From NCBI GenBank assembly GCA_017464845.1, contig JAFTYD010000019.1, positions 53,567 through 117,566 of the forward strand: DNA of 64,000 bases. Reading direction: 5' to 3'. The stretch comes from Clostridia bacterium. Its GTDB lineage: Bacteria > Bacillota > Clostridia > Christensenellales > UBA1242. The position numbers were made by a program, and so were the translations under genes. The notes beneath the pieces were generated by a model that was not told the DNA's origin, ran no database searches, and saw only the letters and a program-made list of their open reading frames with translations. Below are positions 58,389 to 64,000 of this stretch, in pieces (within the stretch, counting starts at the first letter, position 1; every line of letters begins with the position of its first letter).

Positions 58389-58719
58389 AAAGTTTATTAT
58401 CTTTCATAGGTTTTATTGTAGCTTTAAGCACACTTGTTGCTCCTTCAAAAAAGTCAATAATTTTACCTTTTTCAGCAGGTTTACTAAACATTAAATTAAT
58501 AAAAAAAGGTTTTCCTTGTTGCAATATTTTTAAAAGTTCTTTTGCTTCTCTTAATGTTTCAGGATAATAAACTGGCACACCATCAATCTTATCTGGCATA
58601 TCATTTATTTTTTTAATATTATATTCACCTAATTTATTATTGACAGTTTTTTTGTTAGTAAACTGCATATCTTCAGTTTCAAACCCTAAAATCTTATAAA
58701 AAAAATCCATAACCTTCAT
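58345..58719 (-). CDS. sepF: cell division protein SepF (DUF552)
   Basis: 124 aa. The pattern YYPETLREAKELLKILQQGKPFFINL is typical of the SepF core. Confidence 0.8.
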   Translation of the reverse strand: MKVMDFFYKILGFETEDMQFTNKKTVNNKLGEYNIKKINDMPDKIDGVPVYYPETLREAKELLKILQQGKPFFINLMFSKPAEKGKIIDFFEGATSVLKATIKPMKDNKLYAILPEGVNIEEIN

Positions 58720-58812
58720 AAGTAATTTTCCTTTTAATTTCTATTAAATAAACATAAATATAATATCATAAAACAAAAAGTTTGTAAATAGAATTTAAGA
58801 TATGAATAGAAT

Positions 58813-58843
58813 AAAAAAAGATTGACCAAAAAGTCAATCTTTT
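58813..58843 (-). terminator. intrinsic terminator of the str operon (after tuf)
   Basis: Stem aaagattgac / gtcaatcttt followed by a U-run on the reverse strand. Confidence 0.8.
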
Positions 58844-58862
58844 ATTTATTATGTTTATACTA

Positions 58863-60068
58863 TTATTCAATAATTGTAGAAACAACACCAGAACCAACAG
58901 TTCTTCCACCTTCACGGATAGCGAAACGGAGTCCTTGTTCAATAGCGATAGGTGTAATAAGACTAATAGTCATTTTTACGTTATCACCAGGCATTACCAT
59001 TTCTACGCCAGGTTCAAGATCAATTGTTCCTGTAACGTCAGTTGTTCTGAAATAGAATTGTGGTCTGTAACCATTGAAGAATGGAGTATGACGACCACCT
59101 TCTTCTTTCTTCAATACGTAAACTTCAGCTGTGAATTTTGTATGAGGATCGATTGAACCTGGTTTACAGATTACTTGACCTCTTTCAATTTCATTTCTTT
59201 GAATACCACGAAGAAGAAGACCTACGTTATCTCCAGCTCTACCTTCGTCAAGAAGTTTTCTAAACATTTCAACACCAGTAATAACTGTTGATTTTCTAGA
59301 ACCCATACCAACGATTTCAACTGTGTCGTTAACGTGAACGATACCTCTTTCTACTCTACCAGTTGCAACTGTACCACGACCAGTGATTGTGAATACGTCT
59401 TCAACAGGCATAAGGAAAGGTTTGTCTGTTACTCTTTGAGGTTCAGGAATGTAAGCATCAACAGCGTCCATTAATTCATGGATACAGTTACAAGCTTCAC
59501 TTGAAGCGTTTCCTTCTTGTGCAGCTTCTAATGCTTTTAATGCAGAACCTTTAATAATTGGAGTTGTATCTCCTGGGAAACCATATTCTGTAAGAAGGTC
59601 TCTAATTTCCATTTCAACAAGTTCAAGAAGTTCAGGATCGTCAACTTGATCTGTTTTGTTCATGAAAACTACGATATAAGGAACACCAACTTGTCTAGCA
59701 AGTAAGATATGTTCTCTTGTTTGAGGCATAGGACCATCAGTTGATGCAACAACCAAGATAGCTCCGTCCATTTGAGCAGCACCAGTGATCATGTTTTTAA
59801 CATAGTCAGCGTGTCCTGGGCAGTCAACGTGTGCATAGTGTCTATTGTTTGTTTGATATTCAACGTGAGAAGTGTTAATTGTAATTCCTCTAGCTTTTTC
59901 TTCTGGAGCCTTATCAATTTCATCATATCTCATTTGTTGAGCTTTTCCTTCTGCAGCAAGAGTCATTGTGATTGCAGCAGTAAGAGTTGTTTTACCGTGG
60001 TCAACATGTCCGATTGTACCAATGTTAACGTGAGGTAAAGATCTGTCAAATTTCTCTTTTTCAGCCAT
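58863..60068 (-). CDS. tuf: translation elongation factor Tu
   Basis: [22 protein letters not shown]; 401 aa. Confidence 0.99.
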   Translation of the reverse strand: MAEKEKFDRSLPHVNIGTIGHVDHGKTTLTAAITMTLAAEGKAQQMRYDEIDKAPEEKARGITINTSHVEYQTNNRHYAHVDCPGHADYVKNMITGAAQMDGAILVVASTDGPMPQTREHILLARQVGVPYIVVFMNKTDQVDDPELLELVEMEIRDLLTEYGFPGDTTPIIKGSALKALEAAQEGNASSEACNCIHELMDAVDAYIPEPQRVTDKPFLMPVEDVFTITGRGTVATGRVERGIVHVNDTVEIVGMGSRKSTVITGVEMFRKLLDEGRAGDNVGLLLRGIQRNEIERGQVICKPGSIDPHTKFTAEVYVLKKEEGGRHTPFFNGYRPQFYFRTTDVTGTIDLEPGVEMVMPGDNVKMTISLITPIAIEQGLRFAIREGGRTVGSGVVSTIIE

Positions 60069-60220
60069 TTTAATCTCCTTTTTGTATTTTAATACTTTGT
60101 AATTTTATCATAGAATTAAAATTTTTCAAAGTAATTTTAATATAATTTTTTTATTATTTTTATTTTTTAAAATTTAACCTAATATAATAAAAGATAGTAC
60201 AAATATTTTAATATATTAAA

Positions 60221-62296
60221 TTAGTCTTTTTTTCTTTCGCCCATAATTTTTTCAGCGATACTCTTTGGAACTTCAGCATATTTTAAGAATTCCATAGAGA
60301 AGTTACCACGACCTTGTGTTTGTGAACGAAGATCAGTTGCATAACCGAACATTTCTCCAAGAGGAACTTCAGCATTAACAATTTGAACACCAGGTCTTGT
60401 TTCGTTACCTGTTAAGATACCTCTTTTTGAAGTAATACTTCCCATAACTGTTCCAAGATATTCATCTGGAAGTTCAACTTGAACTTTCATAATAGGTTCA
60501 AGTAAAACAGCGTCAGCTTTTGCACAACCATCTTTGAATGCCATAGATCCGGCAATCTTGAATGCCATTTCAGAAGAGTCAACATCGTGGAAAGAACCGT
60601 CAACAACTGTAACTCTAAAGTCAACAGTTTCGTAACCAGCTAAGATACCATTTTGTCTAGCTTCTTCAATACCATTATTGATAGGTTGAATAAATTCTTT
60701 TGGAATTGATCCACCAACTGTTTTATCAACAAATTCATATCCAGTTCCAGCTGGTAATGGTTCGATATCGATAATACAATGTCCGTATTGTCCTTTACCA
60801 CCTGATTGTCTAATGAATTTACCTTCTGCTCTAGCAGATCTTCTGATAGTTTCTTTGTAAGCAACTTGTGGTTTACCTACGTTAGCTTCAATCTTGAATT
60901 CACGAAGAAGTCTATCAACGATAATATCAAGGTGAAGTTCGCCCATACCAGCGATAATTGTTTGACCAGTTTCTTGATCAGTGTATGTTTTGAAAGTTGG
61001 GTCTTCTTCTGCAAGTTTAACAAGAGCGAGAACCATCTTTTCTTGCATAAGTTTTGTTTTAGTTTCAATAGCAACCTTAATAACTGGATCTGGGAATTCC
61101 ATACTTTCAAGAACGATTAAATTCTTTTCATCGCAAAGAGTTTCACCAGTAATTGTATCTTTAAGACCAACGATAGCAGCAATATCACCTGCACCAACAG
61201 ATTTAATTTCTTCTCTTTGGTTAGAGTGCATTCTGATTAAACGACCAACTCTTTCTTTTACACCTTTATTTGAGTTATAAACATAAGAACCAGCATCAAG
61301 TCTTCCAGAATATACTCTGAAGAATGCAAGACGACCAACGAATGGGTCTGTCATAATCTTAAATGCAAGTCCTGCAAATGGTTCATCTTCATCAGCTTTT
61401 CTAGTTTCAAGTTCGCCAGAATTTGGATTTGTACCTTCAATAGCATCAATATCAATTGGTGATGGAAGGTAATCAACCATTGCGTCAAGGAGTTTTTGAA
61501 CACCTTTGTTTTTATATGAAGAACCACATAAAATTGGTGTAACTTGTTTAGATATTGTAGCTTTTCTAATTGCTTTTTTGATTGTAGCAATATCGAATGT
61601 TTCGCCTTCAAAATATCTTTCCATTAATTCGTCGTCTGTTTCAACAACTTTTTCAATCAATTCATTATGCATTTCTTCAGCTTTTGCTTTGAATTCTTCT
61701 GGAATATCAATGATTTCAACGTTTTGGTTCAAATCATCATGATATAAAGTTGCTTTCATTTCAACTAAGTCAATAATTCCTCTGAAATCTTCAGCAGCAC
61801 CTATTGGCATTTGAATTGGCAATGGATTTGTTTGTAATCTTGTTTTAATAGCTTCAACACATTTGAAGAAGTCTGCAGCATCACGATCCATTTTGTTAAT
61901 GTAGATAGCAGCAGGAACTTTATATTTAGAAGCTTGTCTCCAAACTTTTTCAGTTTGAGGTTGAACACCACCACGAGCACAAAGAACTAAAACAGCTCCA
62001 TCTAAAACTTTTAAAGATCTTTCAACTTCAACAGTAAAGTCAACGTGTCCAGGTGTATCAATAATATTGATTTTATGATCTTTCCAGTAACAAGTTGTAC
62101 AAGCAGAAGTAATAGTTATACCTCTTTCTTGTTCTTGAACCATCCAGTCCATAGTAGCTTGTCCATCATGAACTTCACCGATTTTATGAGTTTCACCAGT
62201 GTAAAACAAAATTCTTTCAGTAGTAGTAGTTTTACCAGCATCAATGTGAGCCATGATACCGACATTTCTAACTGTACTTAAATCAGTTTTAGCCAT
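60221..62296 (-). CDS. fusA: translation elongation factor G
   Basis: [24 protein letters not shown]; 691 aa. Confidence 0.99.
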   Translation of the reverse strand: MAKTDLSTVRNVGIMAHIDAGKTTTTERILFYTGETHKIGEVHDGQATMDWMVQEQERGITITSACTTCYWKDHKINIIDTPGHVDFTVEVERSLKVLDGAVLVLCARGGVQPQTEKVWRQASKYKVPAAIYINKMDRDAADFFKCVEAIKTRLQTNPLPIQMPIGAAEDFRGIIDLVEMKATLYHDDLNQNVEIIDIPEEFKAKAEEMHNELIEKVVETDDELMERYFEGETFDIATIKKAIRKATISKQVTPILCGSSYKNKGVQKLLDAMVDYLPSPIDIDAIEGTNPNSGELETRKADEDEPFAGLAFKIMTDPFVGRLAFFRVYSGRLDAGSYVYNSNKGVKERVGRLIRMHSNQREEIKSVGAGDIAAIVGLKDTITGETLCDEKNLIVLESMEFPDPVIKVAIETKTKLMQEKMVLALVKLAEEDPTFKTYTDQETGQTIIAGMGELHLDIIVDRLLREFKIEANVGKPQVAYKETIRRSARAEGKFIRQSGGKGQYGHCIIDIEPLPAGTGYEFVDKTVGGSIPKEFIQPINNGIEEARQNGILAGYETVDFRVTVVDGSFHDVDSSEMAFKIAGSMAFKDGCAKADAVLLEPIMKVQVELPDEYLGTVMGSITSKRGILTGNETRPGVQIVNAEVPLGEMFGYATDLRSQTQGRGNFSMEFLKYAEVPKSIAEKIMGERKKD

Positions 62297-62403
62297 ATTT
62301 TTCTCCTATTTAATATATGGGTTATTTTTACCCTAAATTTAAAGATTTATTAAAAATCTTTTTTATTTTAAAGAAATTAAATAAAATTTCTAAAAAATTA
62401 ATC

Positions 62404-62877
62404 TTACCACTTGTAATGTGCGAAAGCTTTGTTAGCTTCTGCCATTCTGTGCATTTCATCTCTTTTTCTTATAGAAGCACCTGTGTTATTGTATGCATCC
62501 ATAATTTCTCCAGCAAGACGAGCATCCATATTTCTTTCGCCAGTTCTCTTTCTAGCATTGAAAACGATCCAACGAATAGCAAGTGTTTGTCTTCTTTCTG
62601 GTCTGATTTCCATAGGAACTTGGTAAGTAGCACCACCAACACGACGACCTTTGGTTTCAAGTACAGGTTTTACATTTTCAATAGCTGCATTGAAAACATC
62701 AATAGCGTCTGTTCCCATTTTTTCTTTAATAATGTCAAAAGCACCATAAACAATTCTTTGAGCAAGGCCTTTTTTACCACTAACCATTACTTGGTTAGTA
62801 AGTTTAGTAACAACTTTACTTCCATAAATTGGATCTGGAAGAACTTGTCTTTTGACAGCACTATTTCTTCTTGGCAT
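62404..62877 (-). CDS. rpsG: 30S ribosomal protein S7
   Basis: [20 protein letters not shown]. The start at 62877 follows GGAGGA. Confidence 0.98.
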   Translation of the reverse strand: MPRRNSAVKRQVLPDPIYGSKVVTKLTNQVMVSGKKGLAQRIVYGAFDIIKEKMGTDAIDVFNAAIENVKPVLETKGRRVGGATYQVPMEIRPERRQTLAIRWIVFNARKRTGERNMDARLAGEIMDAYNNTGASIRKRDEMHRMAEANKAFAHYKW

Positions 62878-62933
62878 AATATCCTCCAATAAATTTTTTA
62901 ATTTTTACACGACTTTTAAAAAATAGTTATCTC

Positions 62934-63311
62934 TTATTTTTTATTAGCATTTTTTGCACCATATTTAGAACGAGATTGTTTTCTGTTTGCAACACCAGCT
63001 GTATCTAATGTACCACGAATGATGTGATAACGAACACCAGGTAAGTCTTTTACTCTACCGCCACGAACAAGTACAACACTGTGTTCTTGTAAGTTGTGTC
63101 CAATACCAGGGATGTAGCAAGTTCCTTCTTGACCATTTGAAAGTTTAACTCTGGCAATTTTACGAAGAGCTGAGTTAGGTTTCTTAGGTGTAGCAGTTCT
63201 TACAGAAAGACATACTCCTCTTTTTTGAGGACATTCTTCAAGAAGTGGAGCCTTTTTCTTCTTTTCAAAAGTTTTACGGCCATTTCTTACTAATTGGTTT
63301 ATAGTAGGCAT
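62934..63311 (-). CDS. rpsL: 30S ribosomal protein S12
   Basis: [13 protein letters not shown] and [10 protein letters not shown]. Confidence 0.99.
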   Translation of the reverse strand: MPTINQLVRNGRKTFEKKKKAPLLEECPQKRGVCLSVRTATPKKPNSALRKIARVKLSNGQEGTCYIPGIGHNLQEHSVVLVRGGRVKDLPGVRYHIIRGTLDTAGVANRKQSRSKYGAKNANKK

Positions 63312-63354
63312 TTCATACTCCTTTTAATTCAGTAGATAACTGAAAGTTTTGTCT

Positions 63355-63382
63355 AAAAAAAATAGACGGGTGTTTCCCGTCT
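63355..63382 (-). terminator. intrinsic terminator inside the rpsL leader, ~40 nt upstream of the rpsL start
   Basis: On the reverse strand: AGACGGG-AAACA-CCCGUCU, then A and U8. Confidence 0.75.
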
Positions 63383-63578
63383 AAACATAAACTTATTGAA
63401 AAAGGCATAGTACTACCTTTTTAGTAAAACATGAACAACACAATTACAAATTCAAGATTTGTAACTCTAACAACAAAATTTGTTAGATCAGTGAAAAAAG
63501 CCACTTGTTGTTTGTTTATGCTTTGCCAGCTTGAGATCAAGCTATCCAATAAGCATTGTTTCCGACAACGAAACATAC
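63383..63578 (-). ncRNA. structured 5' leader / candidate cis-regulatory RNA of the str operon
   Basis: Four local hairpins enclosed by an interrupted ~20-bp long-range helix (63547-63575 with 63371-63398) that competes with the terminator. Details are in the findings. Confidence 0.5.
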
Positions 63579-63584
63579 TTTGAT

Positions 63585-63613
63585 AGTATAAAGTAAAAAC
63601 AAAGCCTTGTCAA
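63585..63613 (-). promoter_or_regulatory. promoter of the str operon leader
   Basis: On the reverse strand: TTGACA (63608-63613), 17-nt spacer, TATACT (63585-63590). Confidence 0.7.
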
Positions 63614-63698
63614 GAGTTTTTGTAAAGTTTTATAAAATATTTTATTGATATTTATTTATTAAAATATATAACAATAAAAGAAGGGTCCACCCCTTTTT

Positions 63699-64000
63699 TT
63701 AATTTATCATATCTTCAAATTCTTGTTCTGAAATAATTTTGATATTTAAACTTCTTGCTTTATCAAGTTTACTTCCTGCATTTTCCCCTGCCAAAACATA
63801 ATCAATATTTTTTGAAACTGAACTTGAGGTTTCTCCTCCAAGACTTTCTATTATTTCACTTGCTTGATTTCTTGTGTATTTTGTAAGGGTCCCGGTAAGA
63901 ACAAATTTTTTACCAGAAAACTTATCTCCCTTTTTATTTGTATTAGGATAAATAATTTCAACACCTAATTCAAATAAGTTTTCAATCTCTTTGTTATTAT
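63699..64000 (-). CDS. ligA: NAD-dependent DNA ligase, C-terminal BRCT end only (gene continues beyond the right edge)
   Basis: The hand translation ends ...GKKFVLTGTLTKYTRNQASEIIESLGGETSSSVSKNIDYVLAGENAGSKLDKARSLNIKIISEQEFEDMIN*, the canonical LigA BRCT domain. Confidence 0.85.
   Translation of the reverse strand, partial: NNKEIENLFELGVEIIYPNTNKKGDKFSGKKFVLTGTLTKYTRNQASEIIESLGGETSSSVSKNIDYVLAGENAGSKLDKARSLNIKIISEQEFEDMIN

Noticed and set aside
60640-61742. Several 74-104-aa ORFs on both strands inside fusA (60640-60864, 60806-61120, 60877-61110, 60981-61280, 61351-61611, 61506-61742).
   Set aside because: They are nested in or antisense to a highly conserved EF-G frame. Their translations are low-complexity and they have no RBS. 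These are typical shadow ORFs.
62317-62892. 191-aa plus-strand ORF, plus smaller ORFs, overlapping rpsG.
   Set aside because: It is antisense to ribosomal protein S7, its sequence is Ser/Phe/Asn-rich nonsense, and it has no start context.
1-64000. CRISPR arrays, IS elements, integrases and phage genes.
   Set aside because: I saw no regularly spaced direct repeats and no transposase, recombinase or phage-structural ORFs anywhere in the window.
1-64000. Alternative genetic code (UGA=Trp), given the extreme AT content.
   Set aside because: Long housekeeping ORFs are intact under code 11. Trp is encoded by TGG throughout. The tRNA-Trp has anticodon CCA rather than UCA.

Overview
This window is a very AT-rich, gene-dense stretch of a low-GC Firmicutes (Bacillota) chromosome using the standard genetic code. 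Most genes are on the minus strand. Lineage markers:
- the L21-Prp-L27 trio
- DnaB/DnaD-type and DnaI helicase loaders
- a T-box leader on ileS
- a long, Alu-domain SRP RNA
- the floA-yqfC-yqfD-ybeY-era block, which includes two sporulation-family genes

Most of the window is core housekeeping:
- tadA, pepF, ileS
- nifS/nifU-trxA-tcdA
- hslVU, topA, dprA, comM
- the ylxM-ffh-rpsP-khpA-rimM-trmD cluster
- rbgA, yraN, rplS, hemW, lepA, glmS, rsmD, alr
- dnaB-like/dnaI, era, ybeY, ogg, rluD, lspA, sepF
- the str operon rpsL-rpsG-fusA-tuf, and the 3' end of ligA

RNA genes are the SRP RNA, tRNA-Lys(CUU) and tRNA-Trp(CCA). I saw no rRNA, CRISPR array, transposase, integrase or prophage genes.

Findings most worth follow-up:
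1. An 809-aa orphan Clp/Hsp100-type single-ring ATPase. It has a ClpP-docking IGF loop and a ~480-aa N-terminal region I cannot assign. It sits as its own transcription unit inside an otherwise conserved syntenic block.
2. A protein that fuses an HEPN-like N-terminal domain (RNAIIH motif) to a CBS pair.
3. A ~220-nt structured leader upstream of rpsL with competing terminator and anti-terminator pairings. It also carries an embedded 51-codon, near-leaderless ORF.
4. A 12-cysteine small protein.
5. A 573-aa orphan protein that appears to be leaderless.
6. A divergent HIT-like / HD(HE-variant) gene pair next to tRNA-Trp.

All family assignments come from motif recognition by eye. No database search was run.
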